Source: Pirellulales bacterium (GTDB lineage: Bacteria; Planctomycetota; Planctomycetia; Pirellulales; UBA1268). From it: DNA of 64,000 nucleotides. Under the pieces are notes generated by a model. The model did no database searches, was not told where the DNA came from, and saw only the letters and a program-made list of their open reading frames with translations. Shown in pieces: positions 9,011 through 18,332 of the stretch; the stretch's first letter is position 1; each line of letters begins with the position of its first letter. The stretch spans positions 468 through 64,467 of the forward strand of contig JBGTGN010000032.1 of the NCBI GenBank assembly GCA_041746715.1, read 5' to 3'. A program made the translations under genes and the position numbers.

Positions 9011-10656
9011 GCCAAACGATCCCGCAGTCGATCCACGACTTCGTCGATCGGCAGCCGTTCCTGCGTGAGTGAGTCGCGGTCACGGAGTGTCACGGTCTTG
9101 TCGGTGAGCGTTTGGCCGTCGATGGTGAGGCACCAGGGTGTACCGACCTCGTCCTGGCGGGCATACCGCCTCCCCACAGCTCCCTTCTCGTCGTACTGGC
9201 ACGGCATGTGACGCTTGAGCTTGCGGTAGAGGTCAATGGCCACTTCTGGCATGCCATCCTTCTTCACGAGCGGCAGAATCGCTGCCTTCACCGGAGCGAG
9301 CCGTGGGTGGAGCTTCATCACCGTGCGGCTCCGCGGCTTGCCGTTTTCATCGGGCACTTCGTCCTCATGATAGGCGTCGCAGAGAAACGCCAGCACCGCG
9401 CGGTCGGCGCCCGCAGAGGGCTCGATCACGTGGGGCACATACCGCTCCCGCGAGACGTCGTCAAAGTACGAAAGATCCTTGCCGCTCCCGCGGTGCCGCG
9501 GCTTGCCGTTATCACCCGTCTCCACAACGAGCTCCCCGTCCTTGCGCACGAGTTTGCCCTCCATGTGGCTCCGCAGGTCAAAATCACCGCGGTGGGCAAT
9601 GCCCTCGAGCTCGCCGAACTCTCCGTCGGCCAAGAATGGAAAGGCATACTCGATGTCGGCTGTGCCGACGGAGTAGTGTGACAGCTCGTCCTTGTCATGC
9701 TCGCGGAGCTGGAGCTTTCCTTCCGTGAGGCCGAGGTCGAGGTACCACTTCCAGCGGCGGTCCCGCCAGTAGCGGTACCACTCGGCGGAGTCGGCGGGGC
9801 GGCAGAAAAACTCGATCTCCATCTGCTCGAACTCGCGGGAACGGAACGTGAAGTTTCGCGGCGTGATCTCGTTGCGGAAGCTTTTGCCGATCTGGGCGAT
9901 CCCAAACGGCACGCGAACCCGCGACGTGTCAACAACGTTCTTGAAGTTCACAAAAATCCCCTGGGCCGTCTCCGGCCGCAGAAACGCTCGGTCGTCTGCA
10001 TCGCCGCTGGCCAGCGCACCGATTCGCGTCTCAAACATGAGATTGAACTCGCGGGGCTCGGTGAGCGTGCCCGGAGCGGTGGCATCCGGGCCGAGGGTAT
10101 CAGCGAGGGTCACGCGGCCGGCAGTGATCGCCGCAGCGAGCGGTTCCGAGTCGCCAACCCACTCGATCTCGTCGATCTGCTTCGCGCGAAGCCCAAAACA
10201 CTTTTGTGCTCGGGCGGCCAACTGCGGAGGAATGTCATCGCCCGATGCGTCGGTCGTGACAAATGCCGTTCTGCCCCGATGCGCCGCATGCCGACCCGTG
10301 AGATGGTCGTAGCGATACCGCTTCTTCGACTCACGGCAGTCGATCATCCAGTCGTGAAACAGATCAAAATGGCCGGAGCACTTCCAGACCTGCGGGTGCA
10401 TGATGATCGTGCAATCGAGGCCAGCCATCTCATACGGTGACGGCGACCCGGCGGGCGCGGCAAGCTCATCGTGGCCGGCGACCATGTCATGCCACCAGGC
10501 GTCTTTGAGATTCCGCTTGAGCGCCACACCAAGCGGACCGTAGTCCCAAAACCCGTTGAGCCCTCCGTAGATCTCGCTCGATTGAAAAATGAAGCCTCGT
10601 CGCTTGGCGAGTGACACGATCTTGTCCATGCGGGACTGGTCGGCAGGGGCGGTCAT
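9007..10656 (-). CDS. glyQS: Glycine--tRNA ligase (single-chain class II)
   Basis: Trimmed to ATG 10656. Motifs are MDKIVSLAKRRGFIFQSSEIYGGLNGFWDYGPLG, FLRPETAQGIFVNF, FRNEITPRNFTFRSREFEQMEIEFF and the class II motif 3-like GADRAVLAFL. Confidence 0.94.
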   Translation of the reverse strand: MTAPADQSRMDKIVSLAKRRGFIFQSSEIYGGLNGFWDYGPLGVALKRNLKDAWWHDMVAGHDELAAPAGSPSPYEMAGLDCTIIMHPQVWKCSGHFDLFHDWMIDCRESKKRYRYDHLTGRHAAHRGRTAFVTTDASGDDIPPQLAARAQKCFGLRAKQIDEIEWVGDSEPLAAAITAGRVTLADTLGPDATAPGTLTEPREFNLMFETRIGALASGDADDRAFLRPETAQGIFVNFKNVVDTSRVRVPFGIAQIGKSFRNEITPRNFTFRSREFEQMEIEFFCRPADSAEWYRYWRDRRWKWYLDLGLTEGKLQLREHDKDELSHYSVGTADIEYAFPFLADGEFGELEGIAHRGDFDLRSHMEGKLVRKDGELVVETGDNGKPRHRGSGKDLSYFDDVSRERYVPHVIEPSAGADRAVLAFLCDAYHEDEVPDENGKPRSRTVMKLHPRLAPVKAAILPLVKKDGMPEVAIDLYRKLKRHMPCQYDEKGAVGRRYARQDEVGTPWCLTIDGQTLTDKTVTLRDRDSLTQERLPIDEVVDRLRDRLA

Positions 10657-10877
10657 GAATGCCTTGGAGTGTGCTTGAGGGGGTCTGTGATGAAGCAGGA
10701 GTTTAGTACGAAAAGTGTTCGCGGGCGTAGTGCAGTGGCTGCAGTCCTTGAGCACAAACCGTCGGAACGGCGCTGTCCTCCTTCGCGAACGGAATTTCGT
10801 ATGACCGCCTACGGCAGTTCTTGGCTCGTGGACAGCGAAATTCCCACGCTCGTCGGGCAACCCCGAATCCGGCTCCG

Positions 10878-11651
10878 TCAGTGGGCACCGAGAGGGAGAA
10901 GGCACTTTGCCTGCACGTCGAGCCGGGGCACGACGGCAAGGGAGTCGATGGCGGCGCACGTGGCGAGATCCGCCTCCATGCCGACGTCGATGAGATTCTT
11001 GCCGCCGAGGCTTGTTCGAAAGGCGGTGGTGATCCGGTCCTCGAGTCCCTGGCGGCCTCCGGCTGCGAGATCGCGAAACTCGCTCACCGCGGCGAGGGCT
11101 GATACATCGAGCACATCGTCACTCGCCGCGGGGTCATGGCTGGCGGCCTCGAGGATGCCACCGGCTGCCAGCAGGTCTTCGCTGGTGACCTCGCCATCGG
11201 TGCCGGCGCACACGATGTGGATCGCGTCACACCCTCGCTGCACTGCCAGCCGACGGGCAGCCGTGGCAACAGCCGTGCGATTCACGACCGCCCCCACGAG
11301 CACCTCCGCTGCGTCGTGACAGGCGGCGATCGCCGACGTTCCGTTTGTCGTCGTCAACACAATATGACGGCCCGCGACACGGTCATTGGTGTAATCATCA
11401 GGCGAGTTGCCCAACCCAAAGCCAGTGATCCGCACGCCCCGCCGCTCTCCGCCGAGAATCGCTCCTGGCAGAGCGGCTGCCGCAGCCCGTGCCTCCTCGA
11501 TCGAACGGCGGGGGTGGACGGCGACGGCCCCTCGGGCCAGCGCCGTTGCCATGGTCGTCGATGCCCGCAAGACATCGATCACGACGGCGATCCCTCCCGC
11601 GGTCGCTCCCGGTGGCATACGATGAAAGAGTTCGTGGCAATGCCAGTGCAT
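10878..11651 (-). CDS. 2-phosphosulfolactate phosphatase (ComB) family protein
   Basis: Family motifs are VVIDVLRASTTMATAL, GGERRGVRITGFGLGNSP and LTTTNGT. The start is either ATG 11651 or ATG 11618. Confidence 0.75.
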   Translation of the reverse strand: MHWHCHELFHRMPPGATAGGIAVVIDVLRASTTMATALARGAVAVHPRRSIEEARAAAAALPGAILGGERRGVRITGFGLGNSPDDYTNDRVAGRHIVLTTTNGTSAIAACHDAAEVLVGAVVNRTAVATAARRLAVQRGCDAIHIVCAGTDGEVTSEDLLAAGGILEAASHDPAASDDVLDVSALAAVSEFRDLAAGGRQGLEDRITTAFRTSLGGKNLIDVGMEADLATCAAIDSLAVVPRLDVQAKCLLPLGAH

Positions 11652-11689
11652 CGTGAATGTCCAGGTGTGCTTCCACACCCAACCCTCGA

Positions 11690-12520
11690 ATGAGTTTCGC
11701 GAACGTGACGACCGAACGCACTGCAACGATAGGCGATCCGCATGCCCGCGGCGACGGTGGCTCGCCCACGGCGAGCGTCGACAAGAGCGGCGACCGTGTC
11801 CGGGGTATGTTTGCCGAGATTGCCCCGCGGTATGACCTCACCAATCGACTCCTCTCGGGCGGTATCGATATCCTCTGGCGTCGCACGACCGTACGCCGGG
11901 CTCCGCCGCCTGCAAAGGGTGCGATCCTTGACGTCTGCTGCGGCACGGGTGATCTCGCGTTGGCCTACGCCGCCAAGTTGTCGCCCGGCGTCCGAATCGT
12001 CGCCAGTGATTTCTGTTTGCCGATGCTGAAGGTGGGGGAGGAGAAAGGAACACGAGCGGGCCGCACGATCGAATGGGTCGAAGCCGACGCCATGGCGCTC
12101 CCGTTTGGCGACACCGAGTTCGACCTTGTGACCGTGGCCTTCGGTCTTCGGAACATCGCCGATACCGCGAGAGGCCTCGCCGAGATGGCCCGCGTGACGA
12201 AGCCTGGTGGAACGCTTGCCATCCTCGAGTTTTCGCTGCCCCGCTCCACGATCATCCGTCGCGGCTACCTCTGGTATTTCCGCAACGTCCTGCCGCGGCT
12301 CGGGAACGCCGTGGCACGCAACGGGGCGGATGCCTACACCTATCTCAATAAGAGCGTTGAGGAGTTTCCGTCGGGAGAGCGGCTCGCGGCCATCGTGCGG
12401 CAGGCGGGATACGAAAGGATCGAGATGATTCCGCTCACGTTCGGGATTGCGACGCTCACGATCGCTACCCGCGCAGCCGCATCAGCGATGAGCCCTTCCG
12501 CAGGAGGCCGTGATGGTTGA
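11690..12520 (+). CDS. ubiE: Demethylmenaquinone/ubiquinone C-methyltransferase
   Basis: Motifs are VRGMFAEIAPRYDLTNRLLSGGIDILWRR, the SAM motif ILDVCCGTGDLAL and FGLRNI. The start is uncertain (ATG 11657 or 11690). Confidence 0.88.
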   Translation: MSFANVTTERTATIGDPHARGDGGSPTASVDKSGDRVRGMFAEIAPRYDLTNRLLSGGIDILWRRTTVRRAPPPAKGAILDVCCGTGDLALAYAAKLSPGVRIVASDFCLPMLKVGEEKGTRAGRTIEWVEADAMALPFGDTEFDLVTVAFGLRNIADTARGLAEMARVTKPGGTLAILEFSLPRSTIIRRGYLWYFRNVLPRLGNAVARNGADAYTYLNKSVEEFPSGERLAAIVRQAGYERIEMIPLTFGIATLTIATRAAASAMSPSAGGRDG

Positions 12521-13124
12521 TCGACCGCCGCTTGTTGTGGCCATCACCGGTGCTTCGGGCGCGGTCTATGGCGTTCGCCTTCTGGAGGTGCTCCTGGCCG
12601 CTGGCGAAACGGTGCACCTCTCGATCAGCCCATCGGGCAAGGCCGTGATCGAGGAGGAGCTTGGCCGACGGATCGACCTCGATCGTTTTGATGCGACAGT
12701 TCTTCTCGGAGGACCTGTTCCGTCGGCAGGCCAGCTCTCCTACCACCATCCCAAAAACCTCATGGCGCCAATCGCAAGCGGCTCATTCCTCACTTCCGCC
12801 ATGGCGATCTGCCCATGCAGTGGCGGTACGCTCGCCGCGGTCGCGCACTCTCTCGGAAACAACCTCATCCACCGGGCCGCCGAGGTTCACCTGAAAGAGC
12901 GTCGAAAGCTCGTGGTCGTTCCGCGAGAAACACCGCTCTCGCTGCCCCAACTCCGAAACATGCAGGCGATTCACGAAGCGGGTGCCGTCGTGCTTCCGGC
13001 GTCTCCAGGGTTTTACGCCGGCGCCGCCACCGTCGCCGACCTCGTAGACTTCGTGGTCGCGCGGATTTGCGACCAGCTTGGCGTCGCCAACGCACTCGTT
13101 CGCCGTTGGGGCACGGAGGCCTGA
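12513..13124 (+). CDS. ubiX: Flavin prenyltransferase UbiX family (MqnM-like in a futalosine context)
   Basis: ATG 12513 lies 5 nt after AGGAGG (12502-12507) and overlaps the ubiE stop by 8 nt. Motifs are VVAITGASGAVYGVRLLEVL, CPCSGGTLAAVAHSLGNNLIHRAA and VVVPRETPLS. Confidence 0.9.
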   Translation: MVDRPPLVVAITGASGAVYGVRLLEVLLAAGETVHLSISPSGKAVIEEELGRRIDLDRFDATVLLGGPVPSAGQLSYHHPKNLMAPIASGSFLTSAMAICPCSGGTLAAVAHSLGNNLIHRAAEVHLKERRKLVVVPRETPLSLPQLRNMQAIHEAGAVVLPASPGFYAGAATVADLVDFVVARICDQLGVANALVRRWGTEA

Positions 13125-14098
13125 TGATGCCCTCCACCGCTGTGCCATCTGGTCTCGAACAGCCCACGCCCGACGCTGCTGACTGCCGCACCTCACGGCT
13201 TCGGACGTACCTCGAGCTCGTGCGGTTCAGCCACACGATCTTTGCGTTGCCGTTCGCCGTGATGGCGGCGCTCATCGCGATGCGTTTCGGTGGCGGAAAC
13301 CGCTGGTCGCTCGACGCGCCGTGGACACTCCTCTGGCCCATGCTTGGGGTCCTGGCCTGCATGGTGACAGCCCGCACCGCCGCGATGGCGTTCAATCGGC
13401 TCGTCGATCACGCGATCGATGCCGAAAATCCACGAACGGCCTCGCGGCATCTTCCGCGGGGCGCCGTGAGTGCGGGTGAGGTGCTCGGCCTGGTCGTCGC
13501 ATCATCGGTCGCATTCATTGCGTCCACGCTCCTGTTCCTGCCCAACTGGCTGCCGCTGGTGCTCTCGATCCCTGTGCTCGCCTGGCTCTTGGGCTACTCC
13601 TTCGCCAAACGATTCACATCACTTGCCCACCTCTGGCTTGGGGCCGCGCTCGGTCTTGCGCCCGTCGCAGCATGGATCGCCCTTCGCGGTGAGATCCTGC
13701 TCACAGACCCGAACGACATCCTCCCGGCAGTTATTCTCGGCCTTGCGGTGACCACGTGGGTGGCCGGGTTTGACATCATCTACGCCTGCCAAGACGCAGA
13801 CTTCGATGCAGTCCGGGGGCTCCACAGCGCCCCGGCGCGGCTTGGCGTCCCGCGGGCACTCAGTGGCGCCAAGTCGCTCCACCTCATCACGCTCATCCTG
13901 CTTGCGTGCCTCCCGAGCGTCGTCCCGCAACTCGGCTGGATCTACTGGGCCGCGGTTGCAGCCATCGCGGCCCTCCTCATGTGGGAGCACGCCCTCGTGC
14001 GGCCTGACGATCTCTCTCGAGTCAATCAGGCCTTCTTCACCGCCAACGCCGCCATCGGCCTGCTCCTCCTGGCTGCGATCGCCCTCGATCTCTGGTGA
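13124..14098 (+). CDS. UbiA-family aromatic polyprenyltransferase (MqnP/4-hydroxybenzoate prenyltransferase-like)
   Basis: Trimmed to ATG 13124, which shares one nucleotide with the ubiX stop. It has Asp-rich motifs NRLVDHAIDAEN and DIIYACQDADFD and is multi-pass hydrophobic. Confidence 0.85.
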   Translation: MMPSTAVPSGLEQPTPDAADCRTSRLRTYLELVRFSHTIFALPFAVMAALIAMRFGGGNRWSLDAPWTLLWPMLGVLACMVTARTAAMAFNRLVDHAIDAENPRTASRHLPRGAVSAGEVLGLVVASSVAFIASTLLFLPNWLPLVLSIPVLAWLLGYSFAKRFTSLAHLWLGAALGLAPVAAWIALRGEILLTDPNDILPAVILGLAVTTWVAGFDIIYACQDADFDAVRGLHSAPARLGVPRALSGAKSLHLITLILLACLPSVVPQLGWIYWAAVAAIAALLMWEHALVRPDDLSRVNQAFFTANAAIGLLLLAAIALDLW

Positions 14099-14113
14099 CC
14101 GGGGGCGTGCCTC

Positions 14114-15259
14114 TCACGACGACGAGGATGGACGCGACCGGGGCACGAACCCGAGTCCGAAGCAGGCTGCCATGATGCCCCAGAATGCGATGCATTCGGG
14201 TCTGCGGAGATCATGGAAATCAAGAAGGTGCGGAACATGAGGCATCGTGAGGTTTCCGGAATCCTCGTGTTCGTTTTCGGAGGGCTCATCATGGACGTTG
14301 GGCTCATGCCGAATCGTCCCTGCGGTGAGTGGCCACCGAGTATCAAGCCACTCCTCGTAGTGATCGACGGCTCCCATTCGGCGACGCTCGACATCCGTGA
14401 AGACCTCAGACCATCGGCCAGGGTTCGCGGCCACTTCGGCGCCAGCGGGCGGCCCCCAGTTGCTGTTGAGACCCCAGTCAGCAACCAGCTTGAGTCCGAT
14501 CACGATCACGAGCAGGTAGGCCGACTCCTCGAATCTCGGAAAACGGTCGAGGAGCTTGATGAAGATCGCTGCGGCAAACCGCATGAGCACGACACCGAGC
14601 ACGCCGCCTGCAATCACGACCCAGAGTTTCTCCTGGCGACTTCCCGCCAGCGCCATGGCCGCAAGAATTGAATCGACGGCAAAGGCAACGTCGGTCAGCT
14701 CGATCACGGCGACCGTCGTCCAAAACGATGGGTACCGCCGCTGCGTCGCCGTTCGGCTCGGTCTTGCCGTGGCCACCGTGCCGACCTCCCCGGTGACGAG
14801 CGATGCGCCGACGGGTACTCGCTCCCGAATCTCGACGTCCTCTTGGGCATGGGTGAGTTCGCCTCCCGTGGTGACGTCGATGAGGATGGGGTTCCCCGAG
14901 GCATCGAGTTCGATCCGCTCTGGATGTTCCTCCTGGGTCTCGAAGAAGAGATGCTTCACCGCGATGAAGATCAGATATCCGCCACCGAGCAGCTTGACGA
15001 ACGTCCATCGGAGCAGAAAGCTCGCCGTCGCAATCGCGATGACGCGAAACACGAAGGCCCCGATGAGGCCGTACGAAAGTGCTTTGGGCCGCAGGTGGGG
15101 AGGCAAACGCTTCGCGAGGATGCCGAGCACCAGCGCATTGTCGATCGAGAGCACGCCCTCGAGGAGCACGAGCATCCCAACGATCACCATGTCGCTTCCC
15201 TCGAATGTCTGGCCGAGGAACGCAAACAGTGGGCACATCGACGCGAGACTCAAGGCCAT
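14114..15259 (-). CDS. TerC/Alx family integral membrane protein
   Basis: Start set at ATG 15259. Motifs are LLEGVLSIDNALVLGIL and a second half IELTDVAFAVDSILAA. It also has an inserted hydrophilic loop and a roughly 110-aa acidic C-terminal tail. Confidence 0.85.
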   Translation of the reverse strand: MALSLASMCPLFAFLGQTFEGSDMVIVGMLVLLEGVLSIDNALVLGILAKRLPPHLRPKALSYGLIGAFVFRVIAIATASFLLRWTFVKLLGGGYLIFIAVKHLFFETQEEHPERIELDASGNPILIDVTTGGELTHAQEDVEIRERVPVGASLVTGEVGTVATARPSRTATQRRYPSFWTTVAVIELTDVAFAVDSILAAMALAGSRQEKLWVVIAGGVLGVVLMRFAAAIFIKLLDRFPRFEESAYLLVIVIGLKLVADWGLNSNWGPPAGAEVAANPGRWSEVFTDVERRRMGAVDHYEEWLDTRWPLTAGTIRHEPNVHDEPSENEHEDSGNLTMPHVPHLLDFHDLRRPECIAFWGIMAACFGLGFVPRSRPSSSS

Positions 15260-15531
15260 GGGAGCCCTTTGATCCAGAGGGGTGGGTCGGAGGCGGCGAG
15301 GGACCGTGATGCCCGCGAAACGCCGCAGCGGAGACTCGCAGGCTACCTCATATCGGCGAGCTTCCCCCAGTGACATTGCTGACAGCCTCGTTAGCCCCCT
15401 TAGTCCAGGCCATTCCCAAGCCGTTTCGCGGCCTCACGCGGCCCCGAGCGGCAGGCTGTTGCAGAAATCGGTTGCCTTCGGTTCTGGTAGTGGAGTCATT
15501 CCACGCTGACCCCCTTTCCGAGCGCTCCCCC

Positions 15532-16668
15532 ATGATCCGTGCCGTCACGCCGTCGCTCGACCCGATTCGTGAAAAGATCGAGGCCAGGGAACGTCTCACC
15601 GCCGCGGAGGCCGAGGCTCTCTGGGATCCTGCCATCGACCTCCACGAACTCGGCGAGCTCGCCAACCTCGTCCGCGAGCGGAAACATGGCGACGTCGCGT
15701 ACTACAACATCAACACCCATCTCAACCCGACGAATGTCTGCGTCTACCGCTGCACGTTCTGCGCGTTTCGGGCCGACCTCCGCGAAGCCCGTGGGTATGT
15801 GATGAGCGACGAGCAGATTTTGGCCCGAGGCCAAGAGGCGGTCGATGCCGGCTCGACCGAGATGCACATTGTCGGCGGCCTCCACCACCAGAAGGGCTAC
15901 GACTGGTACCTGAACATCGTCAAGCTCTTGCATGACGCCTACCCGTCGCTCCACCTCAAGGCCTGGACGCCGGTTGAGATCAATTGGTTCTGCCATCTCA
16001 CAAAGCGGACCATCCGCGACATTCTTGTGGAACTCAAGGATGCAGGCCTCGGGAGCCTCCCGGGCGGCGGTGCCGAGATATTTCATCCCGAGGTTCGCGA
16101 CCGGATCTGTGAGCACAAGGCCGACACGAAGGAGTGGTTTACCATTCATCGCACGGCCCACGAGCTCGGCCTGCGGAGCAACGCGACGATGCTCTACGGC
16201 CATATCGAGAACGCCTTCCACCGCACCGATCACCTCCTGCGACTCCGCGAGCTTCAGGACGAGACTGGTGGATTTCAGACCTTCATTCCCCTCGCCTTTC
16301 ATCCCGAAAACACGCGGCTGTCGCACATCTCAAAACCCTCGCCTGCGATGAGCCTGCGGACGATGGCGATCAGCCGTCTCGTGCTCGACAACTTCGATCA
16401 CATGAAGGCCTACTGGATCATGCTCGGCATGGGCACGGCCCAGGCGGCATTGGCGTATGGGGCCGACGACCTCGACGGGACGGTTCGCCACGAGCTCATC
16501 TACCACGACGCAGGGGCAACGACGCCCGAGATTCTCTCCGTCGATGAAATCACGCGGCTCATCCGTGAGGCGGGCCGTGAGCCTGTCGAGCGAGATACCC
16601 TCTACCGCCGTGTCGTGCGAGATGGAGCCACCTGGCGGGCCGACGCGGTCTCAGGCTGCCACGACTAG
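15532..16668 (+). CDS. Radical SAM menaquinone biosynthesis enzyme, MqnE/MqnC family (futalosine route)
   Basis: Trimmed to ATG 15532. Motifs are the radical SAM cluster CVYRCTFCAF, NPTNVC, HIVGG, GGGAEIF and a MLYGH tail. I cannot separate MqnE from MqnC by eye. Confidence 0.85.
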   Translation: MIRAVTPSLDPIREKIEARERLTAAEAEALWDPAIDLHELGELANLVRERKHGDVAYYNINTHLNPTNVCVYRCTFCAFRADLREARGYVMSDEQILARGQEAVDAGSTEMHIVGGLHHQKGYDWYLNIVKLLHDAYPSLHLKAWTPVEINWFCHLTKRTIRDILVELKDAGLGSLPGGGAEIFHPEVRDRICEHKADTKEWFTIHRTAHELGLRSNATMLYGHIENAFHRTDHLLRLRELQDETGGFQTFIPLAFHPENTRLSHISKPSPAMSLRTMAISRLVLDNFDHMKAYWIMLGMGTAQAALAYGADDLDGTVRHELIYHDAGATTPEILSVDEITRLIREAGREPVERDTLYRRVVRDGATWRADAVSGCHD

Positions 16669-17654
16669 CCAGCACGCGCGACACGCAGGGGCTTGACGAA
16701 CCGATAGCCCGGCCAGAGGCGATCAATGATCTCATCGCCAAACTTTGCGGCACAGAACTCGTAGACCGGTCGGTAAAACTCGGCCACATGCCGCCGAACG
16801 TAGTCCGGAAGATGGCCCTTCTTGGGGGACGCGTTGCAGCGGACAAGAGTATCCGGCTCGACGTACGGGAGGTTCAAAAACTCGGCAAGCCGCTGTACCT
16901 CTTCGCCGGTGATGAAGTTTTCATAGAAGGCGAAGTGCACTTGGTCGGGAGAGAAGGCCGCTTCGAGGTTTCGGATCGTTTCGTCATACCGCGTGCGGAT
17001 CGTGTAGTCGCGATGACGAAACGTGTTCAGAATCTTCTCGACACTGCTCACCATGGTTCCGTTCACGCGACGGCTTCTCATATGGGCCGCTGACCAGATT
17101 CGCTCAACGGGGTCACGCATCAAGAAGACGACACGCACGGTAAATCCACGATCCTCGAGCGATCTTCGTATCGAGGCAAAGACTTCGGCCGACAAGCCCG
17201 CATACGATGGCGTGATATCGCCGACGAGCCTCACGCTGCTCTCGCGGCCGGCGAGAAACTCGAAGTAGTCGTAATAGCTTTCGACATCGGCATAGAAATC
17301 GAGCAGTGTGTTTTGCCCGGGATGCGTCTTCACCTTCCAGAACCATTCGAGCATCCGTCGACCGCATTTTGTCTCGGCGTCCATGAACTTTCGGCACGAT
17401 GGCAGATGGACGGCATCGAAGACGTGGTATTCCTTGCGGATTCCCATGTCCGTATTCGGATGGCTCTGCAGGTAATTCGAGAGCCAGGTCGTGCCCCCCT
17501 TCTGGCATCCCACACCGAGCAGAAACGTCTTGTTCTGGATTGGCGCGGTTGCGCGAGGCAGAAGCGCGCCTGAAGGCGGTGCATTGGCACTGCGATTCAT
17601 CGCCTCCGTCCACGGAAGACGAACGGTCGAAAAGCCGAGGTCTTCGTTGGTCAC
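16665..17654 (-). CDS. Sulfotransferase family protein
   Basis: It has the PAPS 5'-phosphosulfate-binding loop GVGCQKGGTTWLSNYL and a downstream RDPVERIWS motif. Confidence 0.75.
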   Translation of the reverse strand: MTNEDLGFSTVRLPWTEAMNRSANAPPSGALLPRATAPIQNKTFLLGVGCQKGGTTWLSNYLQSHPNTDMGIRKEYHVFDAVHLPSCRKFMDAETKCGRRMLEWFWKVKTHPGQNTLLDFYADVESYYDYFEFLAGRESSVRLVGDITPSYAGLSAEVFASIRRSLEDRGFTVRVVFLMRDPVERIWSAAHMRSRRVNGTMVSSVEKILNTFRHRDYTIRTRYDETIRNLEAAFSPDQVHFAFYENFITGEEVQRLAEFLNLPYVEPDTLVRCNASPKKGHLPDYVRRHVAEFYRPVYEFCAAKFGDEIIDRLWPGYRFVKPLRVARAG

Positions 17655-17820
17655 GGGGCGAAAGCATCCTGCGGCGGCAGTCCTTGCGCACCACCTCCCA
17701 GCGGTGCGAGGGCAGCCGGCGAGCCGGCAGAATCTGCCCTACCGCTCAAGATCGGCCAATCCGCGCCGATTCTTCAGTTCCCGTGAGGAAATCGAAGAAC
17801 GTGGCCGGGAATCGAGGGAT

Positions 17821-18282
17821 TCACTCCCGCTCGAATGTGACGAGCACGGCCTTGCTGCCTGGCTCCGTGGCAAATTGTTTCGGCCGCCACTCCCCGGCGC
17901 CGCGGAAGCAAAGCCGACGGCGGTTCTCACCGATCTCGTAGATTCCCGCAATCGTCGAGCCTGTGCCGTCTCCCGCCGTGATCTCGATATCGATCTCTGC
18001 GGGTGTCGCCAGCGGATCGATCGTGCTCGTGCCGCTGCTCGCCTCACGGCCATCGATTGTCATGGTCCAGGTGCCGTCATCACGGTTCACAACGATGATG
18101 TTGCGATCGCGGGCCGGCTGGGGCGTGCCGTCGGCCTCGATCGTCACCACCCGCCAGGTGCCGGCGTAGGCTGCCTGGTCTCGCGCGACCGGATCGGGCT
18201 CGTCGCCAGTGCCAACCGAGGGCATGCCCCCATGCCACACGAGCACTCCGGCCATCGCCAACGCCCGCATCATGTGTGCCAT
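17821..18282 (-). CDS. Exported lipocalin-like protein of the planctomycete TIGR03067-type domain family (tentative)
   Basis: Start set at ATG 18282. A signal-like N-terminus is followed by YAGTWRVVTIEADG, TWTMTIDG, IAGIYEIGENRRRLCF and a RPKQF pattern. Confidence 0.6.
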   Translation of the reverse strand: MAHMMRALAMAGVLVWHGGMPSVGTGDEPDPVARDQAAYAGTWRVVTIEADGTPQPARDRNIIVVNRDDGTWTMTIDGREASSGTSTIDPLATPAEIDIEITAGDGTGSTIAGIYEIGENRRRLCFRGAGEWRPKQFATEPGSKAVLVTFERE

Positions 18283-18332
18283 CGCATTTCCTCCCGAGGA
18301 CCATTTCCCCACAGCATAAACCAGGGATCGCA

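Noticed and set aside
15260-15531. A possible yybP-ykoY (Mn2+) riboswitch in the 272-nt leader upstream of the TerC-family gene.
   Set aside because: TerC/Alx genes are classic targets, and the leader contains AAGGGGGCUAAC and CUGGGGGAAGC. However, I could not align it to the conserved GGGGAGUAG...UUGACAUA...UUAGCAAGACC layout, because the order and spacing do not fit. An Infernal search with the Rfam yybP-ykoY model would settle it. A significant hit would overturn this rejection.
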